NCBI GenBank assembly: GCA_027001995.1
Contig: JALTLO010000017.1
Location: 23,012 to 87,011, forward strand
Reading direction: 5' to 3'
DNA length: 64,000 bases
Origin: Planctomycetota bacterium
GTDB taxonomy: Bacteria > Planctomycetota > GCA-002687715 > DRQF01
Shown: positions 49,984 to 60,609 of the stretch, piece by piece
Position numbering within the stretch: the first letter of the stretch is position 1
Layout: each line of letters begins with the position of its first letter
Notes under the pieces: model-generated
What the model saw: the letters and a program-made list of their open reading frames with translations, nothing else
Told to the model about the DNA's origin: nothing
The model's database searches: none
Translations under genes and position numbers: made by a program

Positions 49984-51144
49984 CTACAGAAAATAACTGA
50001 GATCAAGAGCCATGGCATCTGCCACCGCCAAGCCAGAAACAGTTGGTCTCAACACCCCTCGCTTTTTCAACAAGAGACCAGCATCTTCGTGTTTGGCAAT
50101 AACGTCCCCAGCTTCGGCCGCCAAGTCCACATCAAACCGCTGGTAGAAGTTATCCAAGTCAAGGCCAGTGGTGCGTCTGAGAGACAACATGATCACCTCG
50201 AGAGCGACGTCGTGACGAGACAAGGTTTCTCGCTCTTCGATGCCATTCCCAAGAAGATGAACCTGTTCGGACCACGCTACAAGGGAACCATGATTCCAAA
50301 ACCGATCTCTGCCATTGAAGGAGTGGGCGGAAGGTCCAAAACCCCAATAGGGAATATGACCCCAGTATTTCTTATTGTGTTTCGATTGATGACGAGACGC
50401 CCGGGCAAAATTCGAAACTTCATATGCTTCAAACCCCAAGGCGGACATGCGCCCATGGACCTCTTCAAAGAAGACCCCTTGTCCATCATCCGAAAGCTCA
50501 TGGAATCGCCCCAGGGCGGCCCGCTTAGAAAACAAGGTCCCAGGTTTCACGTTCAACTGATAACAGGAAACATGGTGTACCCCGGACACAGCCAAGTAGT
50601 CAACTTGAGACAACCAAGCCTGATTCACTTGCTGGGGCAAACCAAAAATGAGGTCCACCGACAACGTTTCAAATCCCACATGTTGGGCAACGTCCATGGC
50701 ACGCTTGGCTTCAGCCCCGTTATGGCGACGCCCCAAGAATTTGAGATCATCGTCGTCAAAGCTTTGAATGCCTAAACTCAAAAACTTGACCCCCGCATCC
50801 TTGAGTTCCGACAGATAAGACTCGGTCACATCCTCCGGATTGACTTCCATGTGAATTTTGCAGGAAGAACTGAGATCGAATCGGTCGTTGAGAGCCCTCA
50901 CGATACGGACAACCGACTCAATGGATAGCACGCTGGGAGTCCCGCCACCGAAATAAATGGTATCAACAGCCTGCCCTTGACCAGGGGAATGAGCGATCTC
51001 AGTTATGAGCGTTTTTGTGAAGCTATCGATTTCACCGGCTTCGAGCCTCTTGACAGCGAAATCACAGTAAGGACAGACAAAGGAGCAAAAAGGAATGTGG
51101 ACGTAGACACCCGCCAATTCCTTTTCGCTTCCGCCCACACTCAT
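49984..51144 (-). CDS. hemW: Radical SAM heme chaperone HemW (HemN-like)
   Basis: YVHIPFCSFVCPYCDF, YFGGGTPS, YEVSNFA, HNKKYW, GPSAHS. ATGA overlap with lepA. Confidence 0.9.
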   Translation of the reverse strand: MSVGGSEKELAGVYVHIPFCSFVCPYCDFAVKRLEAGEIDSFTKTLITEIAHSPGQGQAVDTIYFGGGTPSVLSIESVVRIVRALNDRFDLSSSCKIHMEVNPEDVTESYLSELKDAGVKFLSLGIQSFDDDDLKFLGRRHNGAEAKRAMDVAQHVGFETLSVDLIFGLPQQVNQAWLSQVDYLAVSGVHHVSCYQLNVKPGTLFSKRAALGRFHELSDDGQGVFFEEVHGRMSALGFEAYEVSNFARASRHQSKHNKKYWGHIPYWGFGPSAHSFNGRDRFWNHGSLVAWSEQVHLLGNGIEERETLSRHDVALEVIMLSLRRTTGLDLDNFYQRFDVDLAAEAGDVIAKHEDAGLLLKKRGVLRPTVSGLAVADAMALDLSYFL

Positions 51145-52943
51145 TTTTTGTCGGTATCAGAGCGAAGAACTGCCAAAAAAGCTTCTTGCGGGATATCCAC
51201 AGAGCCAATGGTCTTCATCTTCTTCTTGCCCTTTTTCTGTTTCTCAAGCAACTTGCGCTTACGAGAAATATCACCGCCATAGCACTTGGCGGTCACATCT
51301 TTGCGGAAGGCATTGATAGTTGTTCGGGCAATCACAGTTCCCCCGATCGTGCCCTGGATAGGAATCTTAAACTGTTGCTTCGGAATCGTCTTGGCCAACT
51401 TCTCACAATATTGCAATGCACGGGGACGGGCCTTATCTCGGTGAACAAGTTGAGCCAAAGCATCCACCTGTTCCTTGTTGACCAAAATATCGACCTTCAC
51501 AATATCGGAGGTTCTGTAGTCTGTGACTTCGTAGTCAAAAGAGCCGTAGCCGCGGGTTACGTTCTTGAGCTTGTCGTAGAAATCAAAGAGAACCTCCCCA
51601 AGTGGCATTTCGCTTTTCACTTCAATACGACCCACCGAAAGATAGTTAAAGGACGTCTCCGCTGCGCGATGCTCCCGGCAAAGCTCCATCACCTGTCCCA
51701 AGAAACTCTCGGGGATAATGATAGCTGCACGAATGAAAGGTTCTTGGAGTTCCTTGATGGTAGACGGATCAGGGAAGTAAGAAGGATTATCAACTTCAAT
51801 AGACTCCCCATTCATCAATTCGATTTTATAGAGAACACTGGGGGCCGTCAGCAACAAAGACATATTGAATTCGCGGCTCAGCCTTTCTTGAATAATGTCA
51901 AGATGCAAAAGACCAAGGAAACCACAGCGAAATCCGAATCCGAGAGCAGCCGATGTGTCCTTCTCGAAAGTCAAAGCAGCGTCGTTGATACTCAGCTTCT
52001 CCAGGGCCTTCGCGAGATCATCGTAGTCGTCACGAGTCATGGGATAAAGGGAGGAAAACACAACAGGCTTGGCTGGGACGTAACCAGGAAGAGGCTCTTC
52101 AGCTGGATCATCCGCCAAGGTAAGCGTATCTCCAATAGCCACATCCCGAATCGTCTTGACGCCACAGATGATATAGCCCACCTCACCGGCTATCAAACAA
52201 TCTTGAGCCTCCGGTTGGATTCGCAGATAGCCCAGTTCATCTACCACATACTCACTTTCCGTATGCATGAACCGTACTTTTTGCTTCTTGTTCAAAGTGC
52301 CAGCACGAACGCGACAGTGAAGAATAACACCGCGATAGGAATCGTAATGGGCATCAAAAATCAAGACCTGAAGTTTGGCATTGGGATCGCCTTTGGGTGC
52401 TGGCAGTTTCTCAACAATAGCTTCGAGGATGAGATCAATGCCGATGCCCTTCTTCGCCGAACATTCAATGGCCTCAAACGGATCTAAACCCAAGTCCGCA
52501 TCAATCTCTTCCCGTGCGCGATCTGGATCGGCGGCGATCAAGTCGATCTTGTTGATGATCGGCAGCAACTCTAAATCATACTCGAGAGCCAGATAGAGAT
52601 TAGCCACCGTCTGAGCTTCCACCCCTTGGGCTGCATCGACGATTACCAAGGCTCCTTCGCAGGACATAAGGGAGCGGCGCACCTCATGAGAGAAATCAAC
52701 ATGGCCTGGAGTGTCAATCAAGTTGAGACGATAAATCTTGCCGTCCTTCGCTTTGTAAGACAACGAAATCGTGTTGCTCTTGATGGTGATTCCGCGTTCC
52801 CGCTCAATGTCCATGGAGTCCAGAATCTGGTCACGGAACTCACGGTCAGCGACACCACCGCAGGACTGAATCAGACGGTCAGCCAAAGTCGACTTGCCGT
52901 GATCAATGTGAGCAATGATACAAAAGTTACGAATGTCCTCCAC
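51141..52943 (-). CDS. lepA: Translation factor LepA (EF-4)
   Basis: IAHIDHGKSTLADR, DTPGHVDF, GFRCGFLGLLH, RKDVTAKCYGGDISRKRKLLEKQK. Confidence 0.98.
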   Translation of the reverse strand: MEDIRNFCIIAHIDHGKSTLADRLIQSCGGVADREFRDQILDSMDIERERGITIKSNTISLSYKAKDGKIYRLNLIDTPGHVDFSHEVRRSLMSCEGALVIVDAAQGVEAQTVANLYLALEYDLELLPIINKIDLIAADPDRAREEIDADLGLDPFEAIECSAKKGIGIDLILEAIVEKLPAPKGDPNAKLQVLIFDAHYDSYRGVILHCRVRAGTLNKKQKVRFMHTESEYVVDELGYLRIQPEAQDCLIAGEVGYIICGVKTIRDVAIGDTLTLADDPAEEPLPGYVPAKPVVFSSLYPMTRDDYDDLAKALEKLSINDAALTFEKDTSAALGFGFRCGFLGLLHLDIIQERLSREFNMSLLLTAPSVLYKIELMNGESIEVDNPSYFPDPSTIKELQEPFIRAAIIIPESFLGQVMELCREHRAAETSFNYLSVGRIEVKSEMPLGEVLFDFYDKLKNVTRGYGSFDYEVTDYRTSDIVKVDILVNKEQVDALAQLVHRDKARPRALQYCEKLAKTIPKQQFKIPIQGTIGGTVIARTTINAFRKDVTAKCYGGDISRKRKLLEKQKKGKKKMKTIGSVDIPQEAFLAVLRSDTDKK

Positions 52944-53261
52944 GAGGCTCCTCCATATGAAAGGGATGCTACAAACTAACGAAACATGAGCTCCCCTCCC
53001 AGAGCCTCAAATTCCGCCCCCCAGTCCCCGTGGTTCGAGACGGACCAGCGCTCGGCCAAGAATCTGAGGAGGAAAGCTGGATTCCGCTTGTATTTGAAGG
53101 CTCACCACCATTGAATCCACATCATCACGCCCCAAATGTTTGGCAAAGAAGAGGTAAGAAGAGAGAATACGAAAAGAAATGATGGAGTTTTCCTGAGACA
53201 TGAGACGTTTTCCCTCGTCCGGTTATTGAAACGGTCAAATTGAAGCTCAAGGAGCCTTCCT

Positions 53262-53951
53262 ATGCCTGTCCTCTTCCTCAGCATTGTCTTTATTTTTTCC
53301 GCCTACTGCCCCAGTACCCCGGCACAAATTCTGGACACTCTGCCTTTCAGGAACTCACAGGAGAAACGGCTCTATCGTGTCTGCGCCAATCGTTTGAAAC
53401 ACACAGGCCTAAACATTGACTGGAAAGACATCTCCTTTCGTGATGCCATCGCAGATCTCAGGCGACAAACCAGCTTGAACTTCATTGTCACCCCCAAAGC
53501 CGACGAAAAGGAAATCGAGAACCTGACGTTACGGTTGAGAAACGTAAGCGCGCGACTCTTGCTCCACTTTCTCTCCGAAAGTGGCGACGTCGTTTTTCAA
53601 TTTCGCCGAGGAGCCATTTTTGTCACCTCCAAGAGCGACGCCATCAAGCGTGCCAGCGTTCTTCAGTTCTATTCCATCCATGACCTTCTCTATGTTCCGC
53701 CCGACTTCCCTGCCCCACGCATTGGTATCAACCCACTCCCTCCGGGTGAAAGAGAGGAGGAAGCGGCAGAGAAACGAGATGGTCACGATCCGGAACGGAT
53801 CATCGAAATCATCACGATGGCCACCGGTGAATCAAACTGGGAATACGATTTTACGTCGATACAAATTCACAAAGGTCGCATGATTGTACGCCACACCCCT
53901 GCCATGCAGAGACGGGTAAGAAACATGATCGCAGCGTTAGGGTCGATCTGA
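53262..53951 (+). CDS. Secreted protein resembling secretin N-terminal (STN/N0, N1-like) domains
   Basis: Signal peptide, LNIDWKDISFRDAIADLRRQTSLNFIV...LTLRLRNVS, FYSIHDLL, MIVRHTPAMQRRVRNMI. No secretin beta-barrel. Confidence 0.55.
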   Translation: MPVLFLSIVFIFSAYCPSTPAQILDTLPFRNSQEKRLYRVCANRLKHTGLNIDWKDISFRDAIADLRRQTSLNFIVTPKADEKEIENLTLRLRNVSARLLLHFLSESGDVVFQFRRGAIFVTSKSDAIKRASVLQFYSIHDLLYVPPDFPAPRIGINPLPPGEREEEAAEKRDGHDPERIIEIITMATGESNWEYDFTSIQIHKGRMIVRHTPAMQRRVRNMIAALGSI

Positions 53952-53979
53952 GTTCAAGAACAGCGAAAAGAAAAACGAG

Positions 53980-55464
53980 TCATTGGCCATCAAACCACGT
54001 CCAGAACTTCTTCTCTAACTCTTGAAAATTCATCCCAAAGGACGATGAAAACCGAACCACAACATCAGCAGACCCTTTGTCTTGGACGAAGGAGCGGAGG
54101 CCAGCTTTGTGTTCCTTTGACAAGTAATCAAGAAGAAAAATACTCTGCGCCTCGTGCAAAGGTGTCATCCCGCCGGACGTGGTCTTAAAAAGGCGTCCTA
54201 AGTCAATGGTCTCCCCTTTGGATCGGGCGGCCACCAACATTTTCTTTGCTTCCCCCAAAGAGCGGTATTTTCTTTGGGTCACACTCCTCTTGTCATAGCG
54301 ATTCGTTGACACAAAGTGGATTCGAATTTCCTTGAGAGCAAGGAATTCAGCTATCTGCCCAGAAGCCACATAAAGACAAGGAGGAGCCATGAAGTCTTCA
54401 TGCCCCCAGTATCGCATCATGGCCGCCCCTAATCCCGCGATTATGGTGTTCTTCCACAGGGGCTCCTCTTGGTGGGAGACACGACTCAAAGGAGAGAAAC
54501 TCATAGAATCTCGGGTCAAGCATGACTTAACCTTGGCGGAGTCAGCGCCATGGAGGGTAGATCCGCGGGTCAGAAACCGCTCATAGGCACTGCGCTGGCT
54601 TAGGATGACATAGAGACTTGAGGGGCCACTGGCAAAGCTCTGACCCTGAGGGAGAAAAAGGTCATCAAACCAACGCCTCGTTTTCTGAATATCCTTGAGA
54701 AGCTTCTGAGCTTCTCCCCGACGTCCTTGAATGACAACGCGTGTAGGACTTTTTTCTGCCCCCTGAAAGTCCCCCCCCACGGCTTCCTCAAACTTGCGCA
54801 GATCTTCGACCAAAGCTTTTTCGGATGGTTTGTACCAAGCGTCTTTCCACATGATCATGTGGCGCTCCTTCATGAGCTCATCGGTCAAACGCCAATGCCT
54901 TTTCCCATCCAACATGAAGGCCCCAGGATTCTTCAAGAAATTGCGTTTCTCCGTACTCTTCAACCACGCGCCTTTGAGGTAAACAAAGCCCTGTTGTCGT
55001 TTGATTTTTCCGAATTCTCTGTCAGCGGATTTTTGATTCTTGTACCAGATGCCCCCCATTTTCACTTGCCCCAGGAACAAACGAGCTTTTTCGCAGTTGT
55101 TGTCCAAAGCCAAAGCTCGACGGGCCAAACGCAAGCGATCTTTCTTGAGGCTCTTTTGATCTTCCGCCCAAGCGACTGCGGCCATCAGTTTGTCAGGAGA
55201 CTTCTCATGTCCAAGAATATGGGCCGCCAACTTGCGGTTGAGTGCACGGCCAATTTTCACCACGTCCACTTCTGACTGATTGACGACAACGAGCTCTGCC
55301 TTTCTGGTGACAATCTCAATCACTTTTTCATCTTGATGGATAACCTCCCCACGCACTTTCTTGCCAGAAACCAGAGCAACGACGTCCTGGGCTTGGGTCA
55401 AGGGGGAAGCCAAGAAGGCAACGACAACAGCCAAAAGGTAAACCGGCATAAGATCTCTCGTCAT
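53980..55464 (-). CDS. Secreted hypothetical protein
   Basis: Signal peptide (TQA-QD), DVVALVSGKKVRGEV, ARLFLGQVKMGGIW. ATGA overlap with the upstream sulfatase-like gene. Confidence 0.7.
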   Translation of the reverse strand: MTRDLMPVYLLAVVVAFLASPLTQAQDVVALVSGKKVRGEVIHQDEKVIEIVTRKAELVVVNQSEVDVVKIGRALNRKLAAHILGHEKSPDKLMAAVAWAEDQKSLKKDRLRLARRALALDNNCEKARLFLGQVKMGGIWYKNQKSADREFGKIKRQQGFVYLKGAWLKSTEKRNFLKNPGAFMLDGKRHWRLTDELMKERHMIMWKDAWYKPSEKALVEDLRKFEEAVGGDFQGAEKSPTRVVIQGRRGEAQKLLKDIQKTRRWFDDLFLPQGQSFASGPSSLYVILSQRSAYERFLTRGSTLHGADSAKVKSCLTRDSMSFSPLSRVSHQEEPLWKNTIIAGLGAAMMRYWGHEDFMAPPCLYVASGQIAEFLALKEIRIHFVSTNRYDKRSVTQRKYRSLGEAKKMLVAARSKGETIDLGRLFKTTSGGMTPLHEAQSIFLLDYLSKEHKAGLRSFVQDKGSADVVVRFSSSFGMNFQELEKKFWTWFDGQ

Positions 55465-58400
55465 CTAAGTTTTAGGCTCCAAAGAGCCATTAAGCATTCT
55501 GAACTTTCCTCGGACAAAAGACTACTCCTATCGAGGCTTAGTTTGAAAGTAAATCGATTCATCCCCATCGAATTGTACTTCCCACTTAAGCCGCTGAGCA
55601 CGATTTTCTCTCGTCGCCGCCCCGCCTTCAGCTCAAGCGTCCCCAGGACATGGCCCCAAAGCTTCAACTCCAAGAGACAAGGAACTCCAGGGGGCGTGAT
55701 CTCAATTTCAATGGTGTCGTGATCAACTCCATTGCCCACCAGAACCAATGAGCCTGTTCCTTCCGGCAAGAAACAGCAATCCGACTGTTCCAAATTCGTC
55801 CGCCAGTCCCCCGTCATCCTTTGCAGAACCAATGGCATGGACAAGTTCTCAGCTTGGCTCGGCCACAAATCGAACTTCGTTTTCAAATTGAAGAGGCTTG
55901 CCAAAACCAAGCCGACATCTTCCCCTTCCTTCCTGCTATCCGACGTGACCATCACAGAAAGCGGCCAGGTTACGGGAGTCTTCTTGGGTAAAAGGTCACA
56001 GCTGATAAGAAAAGTGCGTCCACGGCAGAGGCGATCCAAAAGGCGTTTCCCTGTGGCATCTTCGACAACGATATGGTCATCCCTGTTCCGTGGTTTGACC
56101 TGGCGGACCAGAGTGACCAAGAGACGTCGATTCACTCCATCATTCTCATAGTCCTTGGGGAGAATGAGTTCATGGCGTTTGCCAACAGATGTCTTTTCTC
56201 TGATTTCGAGCTGCTTCTCATCCCAATTCCACAACTCATTTGGGAAGCGATCTGCCAAGAGGTAACCCAAAGCAAGAGACGATTTCGGGTAAGCCACGAG
56301 GGCGTCAAGAAGAGCCTTCGCCGCCTTAGGTCCACCATGGGACGCCAGTTGCTTGGCAGCATCGATGCGGATACTCCGCCCAACTTCGTGACGGACGACC
56401 TGGCACAGCATGTCAATCAGCCAACTCGACTTGGGAAAATTCCTCAAAGCATGGACCGCAGTTGTGCGTATGGTGTATCGATCGAGTCTTAAGAGTTTCC
56501 GAATCACATCCCGACGATAAGTCGAGTCAACGGCTCCCAAGTGTTCAATCATGGCATGGGTAATAGGTGTATCCGGGCCCCGGAGAGTCTCTTCAATCAA
56601 GTTGTCAACTGCCTTCGAATCCAAAGACATAAGGCTAATAATCAACCTGACAGATACATCACCGGAAAGATGTTTGGCCGCATTCAAGAGGATTTTGGGG
56701 TCAATCCCATCATCAAACTTGGCGCGGGCGGCCAAGAGATCCCCCCGCACCGCCTCGTCCTCCTCTACCTCCAATCGTTCCATGATCAGTTCCTTGGCAA
56801 AAGGAAGAGTCGCTAGATGCCACAGGACTTGAGCTACTCGCTGACGATCTTTCCCATGGGAGTGACCGCAGAGTTCAATTGCTTCATAAAAAGGCCGTCG
56901 TTCTTCTTTCGCATTGAGTAGGTCTCTGAGGCCCAGAACTCGCGGAGCCAATCCATCTTCAGCTTCAACTCCTAAACCGTCTGGGTGTTCAATTTTCCCC
57001 CGCATTTCCAAGTCGAACATCATCTCCGCTGCTAAATCACGCTGTTCTTGGGAGCCTTGCCGGAGAAAGGAAGCCAATTCCGGAATCCTCTGCTGACGAT
57101 CTAAGAGGATATCCGCCCGCAAAGCAGCAAATTCTGGACTCATCTGTGAACTGCTTCCTTCACGAAAAATACAATCTTGCCGCCATTCCCGATAGAGCTT
57201 CCCCATGGCACGAGCCAAAAGAGGCCTGCTCGCGGATAGGTCATTTCTTTCCAAAGGATCTTCGTTGAGGTCAAACACCAAATGCAAGTCGGAATCGAGG
57301 TGGTGACGAATCTTGTGAGGTCCTCGAACCAAAGCAGAAACAGAAGGAAAACTCTGTCGATCCAAATACGAAGGACGTTCCACCACGGCATAGTAATCAG
57401 AAGGATCACTTTGTCCGAGCATAAGGGGCAGGAGGCTCGGCGCCTCGCTATTGGCCAGTTTTCGACACCCCATGATGTCAACAAGGGTCGGCGCCAACGA
57501 AGCCAAAGAAACACTTCCCTTGATTCTCCGGCCCTCCTTGAATTGTGGCAATCGAATGAGGAGCGGCACCCGACATTGCTCCTCAAATGGCACCCCCCCA
57601 TGAAGAAAAGCTCCATGTTCACCGAAAGCCTCACCGTGGTCAGAAGTAACCACGACAACTGTGGAATCCAACAGATCCAAGTCTCTTAGCCCATCTACAA
57701 GAACACCGAGCTGAGAATCCACATGGGCGATCTCGCTGTCGTAGGCATCAATCTCTTCCATTCCGAAATCAAATTCTGGATGTCGGTCATAGGGGAAATG
57801 GGGGTCCATGAGATGGGTTAGGACGAAGGTCGGTTTCTTGCTTCGCTTCAAGACATCCAAGACCTGCCCAACCATGACTTCAGATTTCTCCTCGCTGAAA
57901 ACAAAGTGGTCTTGCCCTAAACGCAGGTCAGGGGTGGGCCAATCGTTGGGACGAGCCGTGAAAACACTATCGGTGTAGACACCTGTGCTTGCCACACCAA
58001 TCGATTTGAGCGCTCGCCCCAAGAGATCCGGGTCTTGGCCTCGTCGCCGGCTGATACTGCTGGGATAACAACCGCTCAATAGGCTCATGAGAGAAAAAAA
58101 GCTCGACGTCGACGGCGAACGAGCGTCCTCAAAGACAAAAGAGCTCTTGGCCATTTCAGCCAAGAATGGCGTTGTTCTTCGGCCATAGCCGTGAAGAGTT
58201 GTGTGATCTCGACGAACCGCATCAATGGAGACAACCAAGAGATTGAGCTTTGAAGTACCCCGCCAATCTCGAAAACTCTTCCGGGCCTCTTCCCGCTCAT
58301 TCCTCCACTTGACACTTCTCGGGGACAAAGAGATTGGAGCCTCCAGTTCTTCTGAAACCCGCTCATATGGCAACAAGCGACTCAGACTTTTGCTCAACGT

Positions 58401-59141
58401 CAGCTTCTCGAAAATGAGAAGGCGCTCAGGAGCCAAGCCACGAAAAAGAAAACTGAGATGAAAGAAAGACAGAAAAAACGCCATGATGAGGCCTACGACG
58501 AAACACCTTTTCGCCAATCTGTTCCGCACCAAAGGCCTGAGTACAGAAGTGACCAAAAGACTCAAACAGAAGAAAGTGACGATAGCCAAGATCTGGTGCA
58601 AATAGCGATAGAGCCCCAGATAGAATGAGGCATCCAAAAAGAAAGTAAGTCCCCCAATCCCAAGAAGAAGAACAGCCTTCCATCCTGGGCGCGATCGCCA
58701 GGTGAATTGCCAACACCGCAGCAAGAGAACAGAAGCGAAGATCAAGGCCAAGAAAACCAGATAGGGAGCCTGTCCCTCCAAGTCATGGCTTTTTGCCCAG
58801 CCACCTCGAAACAACCGTTGAGAGAGCCACCAACAGACGGGCCACGCCGGCAAAGAGATCAACAGACAAGATGAGAAAGAACGCCACTTTCCTTGAGGGA
58901 CGCCCAGAGCTTGACTTAGAAAGCCCCCAATGGCGACGACAAGGCCCAGGACAATGGACCAACAAGAGGCAAAACCAAGGAGAGCAATCGCCAACCTGAG
59001 CTGAACAAAGGTCTGCTCGCGAAATGTGAATTCAGTCAACAAAAGAAGGGAAATGGCAACAAAGCTGGCGGTGATCGACAAGGAAACACGCCCCAAAGGG
59101 CTCATGGTTTCCGAAATTAACCTCCCCCGATTCATGTCCAT
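55461..59141 (-). CDS. Membrane-anchored sulfatase-like (alkaline phosphatase superfamily) hydrolase/transferase with HEAT repeats (start uncertain)
   Basis: Several TM helices, NLLVVSIDAVRRDH, HLMDPHFPY, YDSEIAHVD, TSDHGEAFGEHG, DPLERNDL, then HEAT repeats and a C-terminal beta region. Confidence 0.8.
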   Translation of the reverse strand: MDMNRGRLISETMSPLGRVSLSITASFVAISLLLLTEFTFREQTFVQLRLAIALLGFASCWSIVLGLVVAIGGFLSQALGVPQGKWRSFSSCLLISLPAWPVCWWLSQRLFRGGWAKSHDLEGQAPYLVFLALIFASVLLLRCWQFTWRSRPGWKAVLLLGIGGLTFFLDASFYLGLYRYLHQILAIVTFFCLSLLVTSVLRPLVRNRLAKRCFVVGLIMAFFLSFFHLSFLFRGLAPERLLIFEKLTLSKSLSRLLPYERVSEELEAPISLSPRSVKWRNEREEARKSFRDWRGTSKLNLLVVSIDAVRRDHTTLHGYGRRTTPFLAEMAKSSFVFEDARSPSTSSFFSLMSLLSGCYPSSISRRRGQDPDLLGRALKSIGVASTGVYTDSVFTARPNDWPTPDLRLGQDHFVFSEEKSEVMVGQVLDVLKRSKKPTFVLTHLMDPHFPYDRHPEFDFGMEEIDAYDSEIAHVDSQLGVLVDGLRDLDLLDSTVVVVTSDHGEAFGEHGAFLHGGVPFEEQCRVPLLIRLPQFKEGRRIKGSVSLASLAPTLVDIMGCRKLANSEAPSLLPLMLGQSDPSDYYAVVERPSYLDRQSFPSVSALVRGPHKIRHHLDSDLHLVFDLNEDPLERNDLSASRPLLARAMGKLYREWRQDCIFREGSSSQMSPEFAALRADILLDRQQRIPELASFLRQGSQEQRDLAAEMMFDLEMRGKIEHPDGLGVEAEDGLAPRVLGLRDLLNAKEERRPFYEAIELCGHSHGKDRQRVAQVLWHLATLPFAKELIMERLEVEEDEAVRGDLLAARAKFDDGIDPKILLNAAKHLSGDVSVRLIISLMSLDSKAVDNLIEETLRGPDTPITHAMIEHLGAVDSTYRRDVIRKLLRLDRYTIRTTAVHALRNFPKSSWLIDMLCQVVRHEVGRSIRIDAAKQLASHGGPKAAKALLDALVAYPKSSLALGYLLADRFPNELWNWDEKQLEIREKTSVGKRHELILPKDYENDGVNRRLLVTLVRQVKPRNRDDHIVVEDATGKRLLDRLCRGRTFLISCDLLPKKTPVTWPLSVMVTSDSRKEGEDVGLVLASLFNLKTKFDLWPSQAENLSMPLVLQRMTGDWRTNLEQSDCCFLPEGTGSLVLVGNGVDHDTIEIEITPPGVPCLLELKLWGHVLGTLELKAGRRREKIVLSGLSGKYNSMGMNRFTFKLSLDRSSLLSEESSECLMALWSLKLR

Positions 59142-59303
59142 CTGTCGCTTCGCTCCAAACCTCAAGATGCCAACTATACTGGATTGACGCCATCGATAAA
59201 ACGCATACCATACTTGCAGGGACAAAATGTTTGGTCATGCTCCAAAAACAGTCATCCTCAAACACATCATCATCAATCGTTCCTTTCATTTTCGGTGCTC
59301 ACC

Positions 59304-60575
59304 ATGTTCCAATCCGCTCTCACTCTCATCCAAATCACATGTGTTTGTTTTTGTCTCAGAGGCTTAGGTATTGCCCAGGAACGAATCCCAGTGCCCAAAG
59401 GAAAGAAACTCAAGAAAATCGTCCAAATTTACCTGGCTGCTTCCCACCAGGAGCGCATTGACATGAGACGGGAAGCCGACGAGCGTTACCTGCCTCTTGC
59501 GCCTGGGAGGAAGCTAAAATCACTTCGCAGTGAAATGCTCAAGTACGCCCGAAAAACCGGAAGAAAGCTGAAGGGATCTGGGACCAATTATTTCTACGAC
59601 AAAAAGACAAAGCGGGGCAAGTACATCGCCAAAGGGAAAGGCAAGAAAGGCTTCTTTGTCGGTCTCCACGGCGGTGGGTTGGGATCGGGGGATGCGGGCT
59701 CTATGGCAGGTTCCATGGGAGGCGGCGGATGGACATGGATATTCCCAGAGGTTTTAGAAAAGACCGAGTACGGCTGGACCACGTCGGGGACGGAAGAATT
59801 CGTCATTGAGCTCATTGAGGCCGCCAAGCGCAGCGGTAAAGTGGACCCAAACCGAATCTACATCTCAGGGCACAGCATGGGCGGCTTTGGGTCATGGACT
59901 CTAGGCGCCCATCACGCAGACATCTTCGCTGGCATCGCTCCCTATGCTGGGGCTCCCACACCAATCTGGGAAGGAAAAGAAGCCGTGGCGATCGCCCCTG
60001 GCGTTATCCCAAACCTCTACAACTTGAGGATTCACTTCTTTCAGAGCATGGACGACAGAAACGTCCCGCCAGCAGCCAATGAAAGAGCCCACGAAGAACT
60101 CAAGACCTGGAAGAAAGACCATCCGGGTGGATTTGATTTCCGTTATCTTCGTGTCAATGGGCGGGGCCACGCAGCTCCGAAAGCTGGCTACTTACCCACA
60201 CAAAAGTGGGTTGCTCAGAAGACAAGAAACGCCCGACCAAGTAAGATAATTTGGCAACCAACACTGAAGTGGAAGAAACACTTCTATTGGCTCTACTGGG
60301 AACAGGCCGCCCTCAAGTCTATCATTGAAGCCACAACCAATGGCTCCAACAGAATTGAAATCAACTCAATCGAAAGTCACAAGTCAATTGAAGGTATAAC
60401 TGTTCTCCTGGGCTCACCCATTGTCGACTTGACTCAGGAAATCACCATCAAGGTAGACGATACTGTCAAGTTCAAAGGAAAAGTGGAGAGGACGTTTTCG
60501 ACCCTGCTTCTGACAATTCCTCGATATGATGAGGACCTTCTCTTCGACGCCCGTATTGACCTGCCATCCCAATAG
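59304..60575 (+). CDS. Secreted alpha/beta hydrolase (esterase/peptidase-like)
   Basis: LHGGG, DPNRIYISGHSMGG (nucleophile Ser), DRNV, GRGH. Confidence 0.82.
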   Translation: MFQSALTLIQITCVCFCLRGLGIAQERIPVPKGKKLKKIVQIYLAASHQERIDMRREADERYLPLAPGRKLKSLRSEMLKYARKTGRKLKGSGTNYFYDKKTKRGKYIAKGKGKKGFFVGLHGGGLGSGDAGSMAGSMGGGGWTWIFPEVLEKTEYGWTTSGTEEFVIELIEAAKRSGKVDPNRIYISGHSMGGFGSWTLGAHHADIFAGIAPYAGAPTPIWEGKEAVAIAPGVIPNLYNLRIHFFQSMDDRNVPPAANERAHEELKTWKKDHPGGFDFRYLRVNGRGHAAPKAGYLPTQKWVAQKTRNARPSKIIWQPTLKWKKHFYWLYWEQAALKSIIEATTNGSNRIEINSIESHKSIEGITVLLGSPIVDLTQEITIKVDDTVKFKGKVERTFSTLLLTIPRYDEDLLFDARIDLPSQ

Positions 60576-60609
60576 GCGGCGCCAAAGAGATTTCCTGACC
60601 GAGAGGGAC

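Noticed and set aside
51186..52487. 433-aa + strand ORF
   Set aside because: It lies entirely antisense to lepA and has no recognisable motifs, so it is a shadow ORF.
53020..53070. GGTTCGAGA resembling a tRNA T-loop
   Set aside because: The flanks do not form T, acceptor or anticodon stems.
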